The notes: generated by a model from the letters alone, not told the origin. A stretch of DNA of 64,000 bases from a candidate division FCPU426 bacterium (GCA_963796105.1 CAWCKJ010000004.1:608001-672000); one strand, 5' to 3'. Numbered from the stretch's first letter, positions 1-11,549 are shown. Numbers and translations: made by a program.

Positions 1-1
1 A

Positions 2-3000
2 GTCACTATCGGCCCAGTTACTGAATGCAGTTATGTGGCCCCTACCAGCGCCGGCACGACCGGCGTTTTCGGCACGACGAGCGCGCAATTTCACGATTGC
101 GGTCCCACGTACACGCCTTCCCGAACCGGCACTCCTACCCTCAGCCCCACACCTACCCGCACTTACACGCCTGGTTCCCCCACGGCGACGCCCACGGTCA
201 CCCGCACCAACACACCCGGTTCCCCAACGGCGACGCCGACTATCACTCCCACCACCAACCTCTCGGGGTGCGGTGTCGCCTCCTCGAGTATCTGCATTGG
301 AGCGGACGATTACGCCCTTGTCTGGATCAACGGCAATCCCCTCAACAGCGGAAACCCCATGAGTGTTCAAATCCCCGTTGGAAGCCCGGTTTCCTGCTTC
401 ACTGTCCCCATCAGCGACCTCGTCGCCGGGGTCAATGTCATCGCGGTCCAGGCCTTTAACATGGCCACCTTCTACAATTGGGCCACCTGGGCACTGAAAA
501 TCACCATGGGCAACGGTTCCTTTGCCTACACCACCAGCAATGGCGGGGGTATTTCCATGTACAACCAGCCTGTCGCCAACGGCCCTCCCCCGGCCAATGA
601 TGGTAACGGCGCAAGTTGGTTCGCCGCGGGTTACATTGGAGCCACCGCCGGCAACGGCTGGGGCACTCCCTTTCAAGTCACTTACCCCCCGGCTTTCTAC
701 CTCCAAAACGGGCTTGATCCGGTGACAGGCACACCTCTTCCCCCTCTTGGCGCGGATATAGACGGGGGCAATGGTTCCAGCACTCCTTCCACCTTTTACG
801 GCCAGCAAGCCAACGCTTCCCTTTATTTCCGCCAGACTTTTTACATCCCCAATGTTTGTCCCACTGCCACTCCGACACCCGAAATCAGCATTACTAAAAG
901 CATAGTAGGGCCTACCACGGGGTATGTCGCGAACCAAACCGTCACTTTCACTTTAAAAATATGCAACCCAGGCGGGCCGACATCGGGGCCCGCCACTTTC
1001 ATCGATAACCTGACCTCTCCCGTTGGCTTTGGAATCAACGGGTGGGTTACCACGGATGAGTGGACAGGCCTTCCCGTTACCAATTGGGGCGGTTCCACTA
1101 CTGCTTATGGCCCGACTTTCCTCAACAGCGGAACCCCTTTGACCTGGGTTTATCCTGCTGGCTTTCCGGGATATGGTTATTGCGTCCCGATGACCATTTA
1201 CGCCGTGAGTTATTACATCGACAGTTCTAAAGGTTGTGTGAACACCAACAATGTCTTAGGTTCATGGGCTACAGGATCAGCTGCTTCCAACACAGTAACT
1301 TTCAGCAATATATGCGGTTCTCCCACGCCCACTTTTACGCCGAGTTCACCCACTCCCACACCCACAAGAACATTAACGAACACCCCAACACCCACTCCCA
1401 CACCGACTCCGACACCGACTCCCACAATAACGCCTACGCCCAGCCCCACGCCGACTAGGACTCCAACTCCGACTCCCACACCTACGCCAACCCCAACCCC
1501 AACCCCCACTCCCACACCTACCCCTACTCCCACGCCGACTCCCACACCTACTAAAACCCCGACCCCCACGCCAACTCCTACTCCGACACCAACTCCCACT
1601 CCAACTCCGACTCCCACACCTACGCCAACCCCAACCCCCACTCCCACACCTACCCCTACTCCCACGCCGACTCCCACACCTACTAAAACCCCGACCCCCA
1701 CGCCAACTCCTACTCCGACACCAACTCCCACTCCGACTCCCACACCCACACCTACGCCCACTAAAACCCCAACCCCCACTCCAACTCCGACTCCCACACC
1801 TACGCCAACCCCAACCCCCACTCCCACGCCTACTCCCACACCTACTAAAACCCCGACCCCCACGCCAACTCCTACTCCGACACCAACTCCCACTCCGACT
1901 CCCACACCCACACCTACGCCCACTAAAACCCCAACCCCCACGCCAACTCCGACTCCCACTCCGACTCCGACCCCTACACCAACCCCAACACCCACACCTA
2001 CCCCTACTCCGACACCAACTCCCACACCGACACCGACTCCTACTAAGACTCCAACCCCCACGCCAACTCCTACTCCCACTCCGACCCCGACCCCTACACC
2101 AACCCCAACACCTACCCCTACTCCGACACCAACTCCCACGCCGACACCGACTCCTACTAAGACTCCAACCCCCACGCCAACTCCTACTCCCACTCCCACT
2201 CCGACCCCTACACCAACCCCAACACCCACACCTACCCCTACTCCGACTCCCACGCCTACCCGTACTCCGACACCAACACCTACGAATACACCCACCCCAA
2301 CTCCCACCAATACACCAACACCTACACCCACTCCAACACCTACCCCAACACCTACGAAAACACCAACCCCAACACCCACACCAACGCCGACCATCACCCC
2401 TACCCCGACTCCCACCCCCACTGGGACGCAGTCACCCACAAGCACACCCACGATTACCCCGACACCCACGCCCACACCCACACCGACCCCAACCCCGACG
2501 ATCACTCCCACCCCTACGCCCACCAATACCCCGACTAGGACCCCGACTCCCACTCCGACACCTACGCCTACCCCAACACCCACACCCACGCCTACTCCCA
2601 CACCCACACCGACACCAACCCGGACGCCGACACCCACGCCAACGCCGACCCCAACTAACACCCCTACCACAACCCCGACTCCCACACTTACTCCCACACC
2701 GACAATTACACCCACTCCCACGAACACACCGACTGGGACTCAGCCGCCCACAAGCACTCCAACTGTCACCCCGACCCCGACCCCAACATCCACACCGACC
2801 AACACCCCAACCATCACCCCAACGCCGACCCCGACGTATACTCCGACTCCCACACCAACCCGAACGCCTACTCCCACACCCACCCCGACGCCAACCAACA
2901 CACCCACGCCCACGCCCACACCGACACCGACGATCACTCCCACCCCTACGCTAACGAATACCCCTACACCCACGCCAACCCCTACACCCACTTCAACCCC

Positions 3001-5293
3001 AACAACAACATCCACCCCAACCCCCACTCCCACGGCCACATTTACCCCGACTGCCACCCAGACCCCAACCCCGACCATAACACCCACACCCACCCACACC
3101 CCGACCGGGACACAATCCCCCACTTCCACGCCCACGATCACACCGACGATCACACCCTCACCCACCCCAACGTCCACCCCGACCAATACGCCGACTTCCA
3201 CAGCCACTCACACGCCCACCGTGACTCTGACCGCGACCCCCACACCCACACCGACACTCACCCCGACACCGACTTCCACGGATACCCTCACCTTGACGCC
3301 TACCCAAACTTCAACAGCCACTCCAACTGACACCCCCACCCCAACCTACACCCCGCCATTCACGGCAACTCCCACCTACACCTCCACGGATACGGATACT
3401 CCCACTCCGACGGACAGTCCGACCGAAACCTTCTCTCCAACCTCAAGCAACACCCCGACGGACACTTACACGCCTACTGACACTAGAACCTTTACCAACA
3501 CCCCGACCCCCACAGACACGCCCACCGCGACTTATACGCCGACACCAACTTCCACACCGACGGACACCTCCACGCCCACTGACACAAGAACCTACACCAA
3601 CACGCCGACCCCAACGAACACACCCACTGAAACCTATTCGCCGACGCCCAGCAATTCACCGACTCAGACTTCCACACCGACGAACACTTACACGGCTACC
3701 GACACTAAAACCACCACCAACACGCCGACTCCCACAAACACCCCCACTGAGACTTATTCGCCGTCTCCGACATCCACACCCACCGAAACCTACACTGCCA
3801 CCGACACTAGGACCAATACCAATACACCCACTTCCACAAAAACACCCACCGGAACCTTCTCGCCAACTCCGACCTACACCCCCACCCCGACCTATTCCTC
3901 GACCCCCACCCGGACATTCACAAACACCCCTACTCCAACGAGCACTCCCACGCCAACCAATACATTTACCCCGACCAACACGATGACGCCCACGCCCACA
4001 GCCACCCTCACTCCCACCCCCACGCCTGCCGCGGTATTGGCCTTGCAAAAGCAGGAGTCGGAATCAACGGGTTCCTCGGGCGACCTGGTGACCTATACCT
4101 TGAATATCAATGTCTCCAACGCAAACGCTCCCGGAGTGGTGGTGCAGGACCCACTTCCTCCCAACTGCACTTTTGTGGCCTTCGGGGCCTCTCCAGCCGG
4201 AACCGTTGCGACGGTAAGCATGGCCTCGAACGGGGTGACCGTGACGAATTGGGCTTTTCCATCCCTTGCTCCTGGAAGCTATCAATTGACTTACACGGTT
4301 ATGATCAACAACTTCACGCCCGCGGGACCCATTGTGAACTGCGCGGCGTTGAACTATCCGGGGTCCTCTCCCCTGTCCTCCTGCGCGACCTTGATGGTGA
4401 CAGGGAGCTACACGGTGAAGATCGGGGTTTATAACGAGGCGGGGGAACTGGTCAAGACAATTTTGGTGACGCAATATTCCCAGCCCCTGGTGGACCTGCA
4501 GTTGAAGAACGGAAACTTGATCAGCGGGCTGAATGACCCGGTGTTGATTTATGACCTAAACACTCAAATCTCGGTGTGGGACGGAACAGACCAGAACGGG
4601 AACCCGGTCCCCAACGGCAATTATTACATTAAGGTGGACAATGTCGATTCATTCGGGACGGACAAGAGCGTGGCGCTGAACGTGGTGGTAAGCAGGTCTT
4701 TGGAGAAGGTGACGATCGACATTTACAACGAGGCGGGGGAGATCGTGGACACGCTTTACAGCGTGGTGGAGGACCCTCAGGGGACGGTGGTCACGGGGGT
4801 GAAGCTGTCAGGAACGGTGCTGGAACCCGGGTCGCCGACGGACGGGAACCTGATTATCACGATGAATAACGGGGTAACAGCCGTTTGGACCGGCTATGCC
4901 TCGAGCGGTTCGTTGGTCCCGAACGGGAAATACTTCATCGAGGTGCATTCCACGGACGGAAAAGGCGGTGAGACGGTGATCGTGACGTCGGTGATGGTGT
5001 TGAACAACGCGAAACAGACGGTGCCGAAAGTCTGGGCCTATCCCAACCCCTTAACTGGGGGCTCAAGGCTGGTGGAGTTCCAAGGATCTGTCGCGAACGT
5101 GAACCTGACGGTGAGGATCTATGACCTGGCGGGGGAACTGGTGACGGAATTGAAAGGCGCGGGAGGAACGAGCCGGGTAACCTGGAACGCTGCTGGAATC
5201 GCCAGCGGGCTTTACATCGCCAAAGTCGAACTGAAAGGTACCACCGGAAAGATCATCGCCAAGCAGACCCTCAAAGTCCTAGTGGGGCGTTAA
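2..5293 (+). CDS. Large exported Pro/Thr-stalk protein, 5'-truncated by the window: jelly-roll-like head, DUF11-like Ig, ~900-aa PT stalk, DUF11-like Ig, FlgD-Ig domains, T9SS-type CTD
   Basis: Frame is open from position 2 ([14 protein letters not shown]...). Head motif [47 protein letters not shown]-terminal [29 protein letters not shown]. Confidence 0.85.
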   Translation, partial: VTIGPVTECSYVAPTSAGTTGVFGTTSAQFHDCGPTYTPSRTGTPTLSPTPTRTYTPGSPTATPTVTRTNTPGSPTATPTITPTTNLSGCGVASSSICIGADDYALVWINGNPLNSGNPMSVQIPVGSPVSCFTVPISDLVAGVNVIAVQAFNMATFYNWATWALKITMGNGSFAYTTSNGGGISMYNQPVANGPPPANDGNGASWFAAGYIGATAGNGWGTPFQVTYPPAFYLQNGLDPVTGTPLPPLGADIDGGNGSSTPSTFYGQQANASLYFRQTFYIPNVCPTATPTPEISITKSIVGPTTGYVANQTVTFTLKICNPGGPTSGPATFIDNLTSPVGFGINGWVTTDEWTGLPVTNWGGSTTAYGPTFLNSGTPLTWVYPAGFPGYGYCVPMTIYAVSYYIDSSKGCVNTNNVLGSWATGSAASNTVTFSNICGSPTPTFTPSSPTPTPTRTLTNTPTPTPTPTPTPTPTITPTPSPTPTRTPTPTPTPTPTPTPTPTPTPTPTPTPTPTPTKTPTPTPTPTPTPTPTPTPTPTPTPTPTPTPTPTPTPTPTPTPTKTPTPTPTPTPTPTPTPTPTPTPTPTKTPTPTPTPTPTPTPTPTPTPTPTPTPTKTPTPTPTPTPTPTPTPTPTPTPTPTKTPTPTPTPTPTPTPTPTPTPTPTPTPTPTPTPTPTPTPTKTPTPTPTPTPTPTPTPTPTPTPTPTPTPTPTPTPTPTKTPTPTPTPTPTPTPTPTPTPTPTPTPTPTPTPTRTPTPTPTNTPTPTPTNTPTPTPTPTPTPTPTKTPTPTPTPTPTITPTPTPTPTGTQSPTSTPTITPTPTPTPTPTPTPTITPTPTPTNTPTRTPTPTPTPTPTPTPTPTPTPTPTPTPTRTPTPTPTPTPTNTPTTTPTPTLTPTPTITPTPTNTPTGTQPPTSTPTVTPTPTPTSTPTNTPTITPTPTPTYTPTPTPTRTPTPTPTPTPTNTPTPTPTPTPTITPTPTLTNTPTPTPTPTPTSTPTTTSTPTPTPTATFTPTATQTPTPTITPTPTHTPTGTQSPTSTPTITPTITPSPTPTSTPTNTPTSTATHTPTVTLTATPTPTPTLTPTPTSTDTLTLTPTQTSTATPTDTPTPTYTPPFTATPTYTSTDTDTPTPTDSPTETFSPTSSNTPTDTYTPTDTRTFTNTPTPTDTPTATYTPTPTSTPTDTSTPTDTRTYTNTPTPTNTPTETYSPTPSNSPTQTSTPTNTYTATDTKTTTNTPTPTNTPTETYSPSPTSTPTETYTATDTRTNTNTPTSTKTPTGTFSPTPTYTPTPTYSSTPTRTFTNTPTPTSTPTPTNTFTPTNTMTPTPTATLTPTPTPAAVLALQKQESESTGSSGDLVTYTLNINVSNANAPGVVVQDPLPPNCTFVAFGASPAGTVATVSMASNGVTVTNWAFPSLAPGSYQLTYTVMINNFTPAGPIVNCAALNYPGSSPLSSCATLMVTGSYTVKIGVYNEAGELVKTILVTQYSQPLVDLQLKNGNLISGLNDPVLIYDLNTQISVWDGTDQNGNPVPNGNYYIKVDNVDSFGTDKSVALNVVVSRSLEKVTIDIYNEAGEIVDTLYSVVEDPQGTVVTGVKLSGTVLEPGSPTDGNLIITMNNGVTAVWTGYASSGSLVPNGKYFIEVHSTDGKGGETVIVTSVMVLNNAKQTVPKVWAYPNPLTGGSRLVEFQGSVANVNLTVRIYDLAGELVTELKGAGGTSRVTWNAAGIASGLYIAKVELKGTTGKIIAKQTLKVLVGR
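1380..4030 (+). repeat. Pro-Thr coding low-complexity tract with internal tandem duplications
   Basis: ACN-CCN repeats; marker CTAAAACCCC recurs at 1551, 1683, 1761, 1845, 1923 (132- and 162-bp offsets). Confidence 0.9.
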
Positions 5294-5331
5294 GACCGGG
5301 CCACTTTCCATCCTCTTCAATAAATTTTTCT

Positions 5332-5362
5332 TGCGAAATCCGCCGTAGCGGGTTTTTTCGCA
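5332..5362 (+). terminator. Intrinsic terminator between convergent genes
   Basis: AATCCGC-cgta-GCGGGTT followed by T run. Confidence 0.6.
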
Positions 5363-5419
5363 TTCAACCCAGGCCACGGCCGGGATTTTCCGCGAGGGTG
5401 GATAAATAAAAAGACGGGA

Positions 5420-6514
5420 TTATTTGAGTGAGGCCGCTTTGGCCTTCGTCACGTGGCGGACCCAGGGTAGTTTCGTGATCTGGGCCGGAATGGCTTTTCC
5501 CCGTATCTCGACGGATAATTTCTTTTCCAGATAATCCATTTTCACGTAAGCCAGCGCGATTCCCTTTTTCAGGGTTGGGGAAAAAACACCGCTGGTGACC
5601 TCCCCCGCCTCCGTGCCTTCCGACATCACTTTATAATGCTGGCGGGGGATGGCCTGTCCCTCCAGCGTGAGACCGATAAGTTTCCGGGCGGGATTCTGGT
5701 TCAGGGCTTCCTTCCCGTAAAAACCCCCGGCTTTTCCCATTTTGACGGCCCAGCCCAATCCAGCCTCAAAAGGCTGGGTGGAATCATCAATTTCGTTTCC
5801 GTGAAGAGGCAGCCCCGCCTCCAGCCGAAGGGAGTCCCTGGCCCCCAATCCGCAGGGAGTCACTTCTTTCCTGGAGGCTAGCTGATCCCAGACAAAAGGA
5901 GCGTCCTTCAAGTCCATCATCAACTCATAGCCATCCTCACCGGTATAACCGGTGGCCATGATGAGCAGCGGCCTTCCCTGGAGGGTTCCGCGGCCGAACC
6001 CAAAATAGGGTATTTTCGAAAGATCCGCGTCCCCCACGAGGGATTGAAGCGCCTCGTGGGCCTTGGGCCCCTGAAGGGCGATGAAACCCGTCTGGTCGGA
6101 AAGAACCTCGACAGCAACCTTCCTTCCAGAAGCCAGCTTTTGGAGATGCGCGACATCCCCCTCCCTGCCGCCGGCGTTGATGATCCAAAGGAAACGGTCG
6201 TCCGCCTCCTTGTAAACAATGACGTCATCGATGACGCCTCCCTTCTCGTTCAGGAGGAATCCGTAGAGGGCGCTTCCGAAAGGAACCTTGGAAAGGTCGT
6301 TAGTGAAAGCGTATTGGCAGAAGGAAAAGGCGTCTGGACCGGAGACCTGCAGCCTTCCCATGTGGGTGATGTTGAAAAGGCCCGCCCCGGTCCGGGCGGC
6401 GTCATGCTCAAAAAGGATTCCTTGGGCATAGGAAACCGGCATGAGCCATCCGTGGAAATCCACCAATTTGGCCCCGTGGTCCTGGTCCCACTTCAAGCAA
6501 AAAGTTTCCCTCAT
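5420..6514 (-). CDS. gcvT: Glycine cleavage system aminomethyltransferase T
   Basis: FHGWLMPVSY, LFNITHMG, ALQGP, TGYTGEDGYE, GLGARDSLRLEAGLPLHG. Confidence 0.95.
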   Translation of the reverse strand: MRETFCLKWDQDHGAKLVDFHGWLMPVSYAQGILFEHDAARTGAGLFNITHMGRLQVSGPDAFSFCQYAFTNDLSKVPFGSALYGFLLNEKGGVIDDVIVYKEADDRFLWIINAGGREGDVAHLQKLASGRKVAVEVLSDQTGFIALQGPKAHEALQSLVGDADLSKIPYFGFGRGTLQGRPLLIMATGYTGEDGYELMMDLKDAPFVWDQLASRKEVTPCGLGARDSLRLEAGLPLHGNEIDDSTQPFEAGLGWAVKMGKAGGFYGKEALNQNPARKLIGLTLEGQAIPRQHYKVMSEGTEAGEVTSGVFSPTLKKGIALAYVKMDYLEKKLSVEIRGKAIPAQITKLPWVRHVTKAKAASLK

Positions 6515-6586
6515 GGACAGTCTCTCCTCAAGACATAAAAATGAAAAATCCAGTCATCCGCGGACGAAATTACGCGTTTCGGGGTT

Positions 6587-7252
6587 TTAAAAATCCTCGA
6601 TGAATTTTTTCAGGTAGTCTTCCAGCGTCACCACTTGGCGGTAGCACTGGAAATAAGCGTCAGCCAAAAAGTCGAAATCCTTGTACGCCACGGGTTTATG
6701 CTCGATGAAGTCCAGGATCTCGAAGAAGGTGGAGTTATGGATATTCTCGATCACGAGGATAAAATCCGTCTCCAGGTAATGCTCGTAGGTCAGGATCTTA
6801 TCCATGGTCCTGCGGATCCGGATCTTCTGGTGCTCCAGGTACTCGAACCAATTCCCAAAACCCAGGTAATCCAGCCGGGGGGAGTGGTCTGAGGGATTGA
6901 TGTGCTTGAAAACCTCGTGGAAATCTTTTTCCGTCAGCTTGTTCACGTCACAAATATGGTTGGCGGCCGTCATCAAGGAGTAAAAAATACCCTTGGAGTC
7001 GCTTAAGATAGCCTGCAGGTAAGGCACAATCACGCGGTGGATATTTTTCCGGCTTTTACGCTCCGGAAGGTAAATAGTGAAAGTGTAGAAAACAAAGGAT
7101 GAAATGTAGGAAAGGGAGCACCAAAGAATGATCTCGTTGCGGTTGGGGTTCCAAAGGTAAAGACAGAAAGCCGCCCCTAAAAGGATCGCCAAAAACCAGC
7201 ACATTTTCCAGAAAAGCCAAATTTCCTTGAGGATGGTTTTGAGAAATTTCAT
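6587..7252 (-). CDS. Hypothetical membrane protein (two N-terminal TM segments)
   Basis: 221-aa ORF co-oriented with neighbours, hydrophobic N-terminus. Confidence 0.7.
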   Translation of the reverse strand: MKFLKTILKEIWLFWKMCWFLAILLGAAFCLYLWNPNRNEIILWCSLSYISSFVFYTFTIYLPERKSRKNIHRVIVPYLQAILSDSKGIFYSLMTAANHICDVNKLTEKDFHEVFKHINPSDHSPRLDYLGFGNWFEYLEHQKIRIRRTMDKILTYEHYLETDFILVIENIHNSTFFEILDFIEHKPVAYKDFDFLADAYFQCYRQVVTLEDYLKKFIEDF

Positions 7253-7540
7253 CTTTTCCCCGTCCGCGGAATGAATTTCTCATTTAGTTTAGTGGGCGAT
7301 TCACTCCTCATCAACGCTAATCCTCCGCTCAAACGCGGGGAATAATCCCAAGACATTCCGGACTGGCTAGAAATCAAAGGATTATTAATTCTCAAGGAAA
7401 TGAACAACAATGGAATCTGCCGCGCCGTCCTCGGAGAGTGTTCCAAACCGGGTGACGCGGCGGATTTGAAGGCGGGGCTTTTAAATCATCAATGGATCAA
7501 AATTTCAAGCTTAATACCGGACAATTTTTAAAAACCGCGG

Positions 7541-7894
7541 TTATTTCTCAATGACCGCCAAACGGCTTTGGGACGACCGTTTTTGATTCTGTTGGGACCA
7601 GCAAGTTAAACAATGGTGCAAACCCTTCTCGTCGACGAAGATCGTGCCGATTTCCCCGATGGTATGGCACTCGTCGCATTCAAATAACGGCTCCCCTTGC
7701 AAACTTTTTTCGTTCAAGAGCATATGTTCCCTTTCTTGAGACTTCGATTTCTTTTCTAATATCATCTGGCTCAGGCAGTTCCAGCAGTTGTAGCTTCCTT
7801 CTTCCTCAACGATATCGATGAAAAGTTCGCCCACGAACCGGCATCGGTCGCACTGGAACAAGACGCTTTCCGAGAATTGGTCGAGTGTCAACAT
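7541..7894 (-). CDS. Hypothetical protein with two CxxC...CxxC zinc-ribbon-like units
   Basis: CDRC/CWNC and CDEC/CLTC; GGAGGAG RBS. Confidence 0.7.
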   Translation of the reverse strand: MLTLDQFSESVLFQCDRCRFVGELFIDIVEEEGSYNCWNCLSQMILEKKSKSQEREHMLLNEKSLQGEPLFECDECHTIGEIGTIFVDEKGLHHCLTCWSQQNQKRSSQSRLAVIEK

Positions 7895-7989
7895 GACTCC
7901 TCCTACACCTCATCCATCAGGTCTGCTGGCGTCGAGTCGGTATGGGAGAGCGTTGAGTAGGCATTGCTGGAACACATCATCGGAAGATC

Positions 7990-8031
7990 ATGTTAATTGG
8001 ATGTTACAAGGGCCAATAATGAATGTTACAA
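7990..8031. promoter_or_regulatory. Direct repeats ATGTTA(C)A at 11-bp periodicity; possible OmpR/PhoB-type operator
   Basis: Copies start at 7990, 8001 and 8023, upstream of the 7894 start. Confidence 0.35.
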
Positions 8032-8078
8032 AGGCATGGTGGAAAGAAGGGTATCATTTGGTAAGGACTAAATGGGGT

Positions 8079-8441
8079 TTATTTAACGAGGAATTCCTGG
8101 TAGTACCCGGAAGGCGCCTCAAAGATGGGATAAGGCTTGTGGTAGCAGAGCTTGGTGCCTGCCGGGAAGAAATATCCCCACTCGTTTTTGCAGGTATTCT
8201 GCCGGTAATAGTAACGGTACTTGGACACATCCTCCTTCGTGACGAGGCTCAACCTCCTGCCGGTGCGGTAATAGGGCTTCGTTTGTACGGCGCTATAGGT
8301 CGTGACCGTCTCGCTGGGCCAATGCCATTTGAAATGGGTGGTTTTCGAGTTGCTGTAGAGGACCTGAAGCGGAGGATCGGCCCAAGCCGATGCTGAAGCC
8401 CCCAGCAATAGGACACATAAAAGGGTTTTACTTATCTTCAT
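8079..8441 (-). CDS. Small secreted hypothetical protein
   Basis: Signal peptide ending ASAWA; AAGGAAAGG RBS. Confidence 0.7.
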   Translation of the reverse strand: MKISKTLLCVLLLGASASAWADPPLQVLYSNSKTTHFKWHWPSETVTTYSAVQTKPYYRTGRRLSLVTKEDVSKYRYYYRQNTCKNEWGYFFPAGTKLCYHKPYPIFEAPSGYYQEFLVK

Positions 8442-8599
8442 GGTACCTTTCCTTAAACCGACAACTTACCTAACGGCAGAAATCCTTATTTCTTGAATGT
8501 TTTTTCACTGAAATAGCACCGAAAATAAGGGGTATTCCGGCAATATTTCTGCTCACGCCTCTAAACCGAGAGCTTGAGGTGATAAAAAATTTATGTCCT

Positions 8600-9886
8600 T
8601 CAATGAACCCCGAATATTTCATTCAAGGTCGGGTGCGGGTGAACCACCCTTTCCAATTGGTCCAGGGTGGCCCCCAGCGCCGCCAGGACGCTGGCTTCCC
8701 CGATGAGATCGGTAGCCTCCGGCCCCGCCATTTGGAATCCCAATATCCTTCCGGTGTCCCCGTCCACGACCATCTTGCACCAACCCTGGATTTCCCCGAG
8801 GATGCGGGCCTTGGAATTGGCCGCGAAAGCATTCTTGCGGATCGTCACGTTCTTAAACTCTTTTCTGGCCTCCTCCTCGGTATAGCCGACCGCCGCGATC
8901 TCGGGGGAAGTGAATACCACATGGGGGATTTTCCTCTCATTCATCGCCTCCCTAGGCCCTCCCGGGTTAAAGGATCCGGCCAGGACGCGGGCGTGCTCAT
9001 AGGCCGTATGGGCGTAGGGATAATTCCCCGTCAGGTCGCCGATTGCGTAAACACCCTGCAAAGACGTTTCCATAAACCCATTGGTCACAATTTTTCCAGC
9101 CTGGGTTTTCAAACCCAGCAAGGGAATCCCGGCCATATCGGAATTCGGCGTCCGGCCGACTGCTACCAGAACCATTTCCTCGTCCCTGGGTTTGACCTCC
9201 GCGCCCAGATCCACCTCCACGCCCAGCCTCCGGATGGAATTCAAGAGAAGCTGTTCTAGCTCCTCGTCCATCGAGGGAAGGATTTTAGGCAGGATGTCGC
9301 CCAGCCTCACCTTCGCCCCCAGCTGGGCGTAAAGGCACGCGAATTCCAGGCCGATAACGCCGGCCCCAAGTATGAGCAGGCTTTTGGGAAGCCGGGGTTG
9401 GCTTAAAAGCTCGTCGCTGGTCACGATGTTTCCGCCGACAGGAAAGCCCGGGAGGATTTTGGGCCTGGAACCCAGGGCCAGCGCCAAATTTTCCACTTGG
9501 TAACTCTCCCCGCCGCACTCCACGAGATTTTTTTCCTTCACCGAAGCGTTTCCTTGGATCACCTCGACTTTTCCGGCGGAGAGCTGGCTGGCGATTCCCT
9601 TTTCCAGGATGCCCACCGTTTTTCGGATCCTCTCCGTGAGAATGGGAAATTGGAGCCTCACGTTATCGGCCTCGATACCCCAGGCTTTTCCCTCCTTGAC
9701 TAAGAAATGGAATCTCGAAGCCGCGGACTGGAGGAGTTTTGTGGGAATACAGCCCACGTGCAGGCAGGCGCCGCCCAGCTTGTTCTTCTCGAACAACGCC
9801 ACGCTCTTGCCTAGTTTGGCCAGGTTCAAGGCGGCGGTATAACCCCCTGGCCCCCCGCCCACGATCCCAAAATCGAATTTTTTCAT
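8600..9886 (-). CDS. lpdA: Dihydrolipoyl dehydrogenase (compact, 428 aa)
   Basis: GGGPGG FAD motif, GGACLHVGCIPTK redox disulfide, GAGVIG, C-terminal HPHPTLNE. Confidence 0.9.
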   Translation of the reverse strand: MKKFDFGIVGGGPGGYTAALNLAKLGKSVALFEKNKLGGACLHVGCIPTKLLQSAASRFHFLVKEGKAWGIEADNVRLQFPILTERIRKTVGILEKGIASQLSAGKVEVIQGNASVKEKNLVECGGESYQVENLALALGSRPKILPGFPVGGNIVTSDELLSQPRLPKSLLILGAGVIGLEFACLYAQLGAKVRLGDILPKILPSMDEELEQLLLNSIRRLGVEVDLGAEVKPRDEEMVLVAVGRTPNSDMAGIPLLGLKTQAGKIVTNGFMETSLQGVYAIGDLTGNYPYAHTAYEHARVLAGSFNPGGPREAMNERKIPHVVFTSPEIAAVGYTEEEARKEFKNVTIRKNAFAANSKARILGEIQGWCKMVVDGDTGRILGFQMAGPEATDLIGEASVLAALGATLDQLERVVHPHPTLNEIFGVH

Positions 9887-9901
9887 GGAAACCCCTTCGT
9901 T

Positions 9902-10075
9902 AAGGGACGACCCTTCGGGTCGCCACTTGGACGGGGCATGCGCCGATTCACCATAAGCCTTATATGATAATCGGTGCTATACCGACCTCTATTAAAGCTT
10001 TATGGAAGGTCGGCATGGAACCCCGCCCAAGGACACGGCTAGGCACCCGGGTAAGCCCGGGACCTTGGCAGCCGG
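9902..10075 (-). ncRNA. Unclassified highly structured intergenic element (hairpin, three-way junction, hairpin)
   Basis: On the minus strand: TTGGGCGGGG/CCCCGTCCAA closes ATGCCGACCT/AGGTCGGTAT and GCACCGATT/AATCGGCGC; G-U pairs favour the minus strand. Confidence 0.45.
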
Positions 10076-10081
10076 TAAAAA

Positions 10082-10795
10082 TCAATCCATTCTAAGCGAT
10101 TTGGAATACACGTCTGTGGGGAATTCGTTCTCAAACAATGCCCCGGCTTTCTCAAACGCCCTTGTGACAGCTTCTTCCACCTCGTTCTGGCTGGTTTCGG
10201 GAAGGCTCAGATCGTCGTTCAAACCGGACATGAGACCGGCTTTGGTTCCCGGGAAAAGGCCTTCCCAATCGGGGGCCACCGTCAGCAGGATCACCCCCTG
10301 CTGGAGAAAAACATTTTCCCGGCGGGCCTGGGCTCCTCCCGCGACTTTCTTTCCCCCCAGGGTCAACTCGGCGTAGGAAGGCGAGGAGAAACAATGACCC
10401 CTCTGGGAACCCGCGTGTTTTTCCGAGGAGAGCTGGACTTCCCTGCCCAAGGCTTTCAAGCCCCGGGCCAAAAGAGAGCTGATTCTCCCGTAACTTTCCA
10501 TCAGATCCCCCCCCACGAGCGGGTCGGATTGCGAGGCGATGACGGAATAGCAAAGATCCCCTTTTCCATGGAGAACCACCCTTCCGCCCGTCGGCCTGAT
10601 TTCATGGGGGAAAGACAGCCGTTTTAGGTTTAACTTCCGGGCTTCCAAGCGGCCAAGGGTTAAGGCGGGTTGCTCGAATCGGAAAAAGCGGAGAATAGGG
10701 GTTTGGCCTGAGACGAAATTTTTGAACAACTTCTCGTCAAAATCCATCTGGCCGGCCGGCGGCTTATGGGTGGATGGGATCAATCGCCATTTCAT
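10082..10795 (-). CDS. Lipoate-protein ligase A / LipM-like octanoyltransferase family protein
   Basis: MDFDE, LRFF, RPTGGRVVLH, KKVAGGAQ..LQQG. Confidence 0.85.
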   Translation of the reverse strand: MKWRLIPSTHKPPAGQMDFDEKLFKNFVSGQTPILRFFRFEQPALTLGRLEARKLNLKRLSFPHEIRPTGGRVVLHGKGDLCYSVIASQSDPLVGGDLMESYGRISSLLARGLKALGREVQLSSEKHAGSQRGHCFSSPSYAELTLGGKKVAGGAQARRENVFLQQGVILLTVAPDWEGLFPGTKAGLMSGLNDDLSLPETSQNEVEEAVTRAFEKAGALFENEFPTDVYSKSLRMD

Positions 10796-10830
10796 CCGGT
10801 AATATTAAATTCTCGCGGGATCATTTGAAA

Positions 10831-11076
10831 TTAAAATATGTCTATTTCTTTACCGTCAAAAAGCCCGAAAGAGAGCTTTTCAGCCGCCCCCTCCAGCCGG
10901 TGCTGGAGCATCAGAACCGCCCAAGTCGGCGCGCAGCCCTTGATCACCACATGCTTCCCCTTGTAGGAGGCCGGATCCAACCCGGGCAATTTATTCAGCG
11001 CGGATTGTTCGGTGACCTTGCCATCCATCCCCGCGAGAATGTCGGTTTTCAGTTCCACCTTCTCAAGGATTTTCAT
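10831..11076 (-). CDS. Small protein resembling one half of DUF2480
   Basis: YKGKHVVIKGCAPTWAVLML..L....KLSFG pattern. Confidence 0.5.
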   Translation of the reverse strand: MKILEKVELKTDILAGMDGKVTEQSALNKLPGLDPASYKGKHVVIKGCAPTWAVLMLQHRLEGAAEKLSFGLFDGKEIDIF

Positions 11077-11156
11077 GGAGTCGGGTTTCCTCGCGCTGAG
11101 ATCTGTTTAAAACAAAAAAACAACCGGACATCTGTTTATTTATTGATTTTGGAAAT

Positions 11157-11480
11157 TTAAAAACTAACCGAATGACCGCAGCCGCAGGATCCCTTGGAAT
11201 TGGGATTTTCCACCACGAATCCCGCCCCCTTCAGGTCCTCCACGTAGTCGATCTTGGCGCCGTTGAGGTACTTCGCGCTCTGGGGGTCCACCAGGACTTC
11301 CAGTTCCCCCGCTTGGTTGATCTCGTCGTCGTCATGCTTTTGGTCGAAGGTGAACCCGTAGGAAAAGCCGTTGCACCCTCCCCCTTGGACGTAAACACGA
11401 AAAGCCTTGCCCTGGTAAGCAGAGTTTTTCTTGGCGAAATCCTTGACCTTATGGATGGCCGTTTCTGTCATTTGAACCAT
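11157..11480 (-). CDS. HesB/IscA/ErpA-family iron-sulfur cluster carrier
   Basis: GGGCNGFSY, NPNSKGSCGCGHS. Confidence 0.92.
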   Translation of the reverse strand: MVQMTETAIHKVKDFAKKNSAYQGKAFRVYVQGGGCNGFSYGFTFDQKHDDDEINQAGELEVLVDPQSAKYLNGAKIDYVEDLKGAGFVVENPNSKGSCGCGHSVSF

Positions 11481-11549
11481 TGGAATCCTCCCCTTTATAT
11501 GAGAACAATTATCACTTAGACAGTAATATGCGCTCCGGGGAGGGGAGAG

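Noticed and set aside
6515..6586. Glycine riboswitch upstream of gcvT
   Set aside because: GGAGAGAC is present but serves as the RBS region; the gap is only ~70 bp and other conserved aptamer elements are absent
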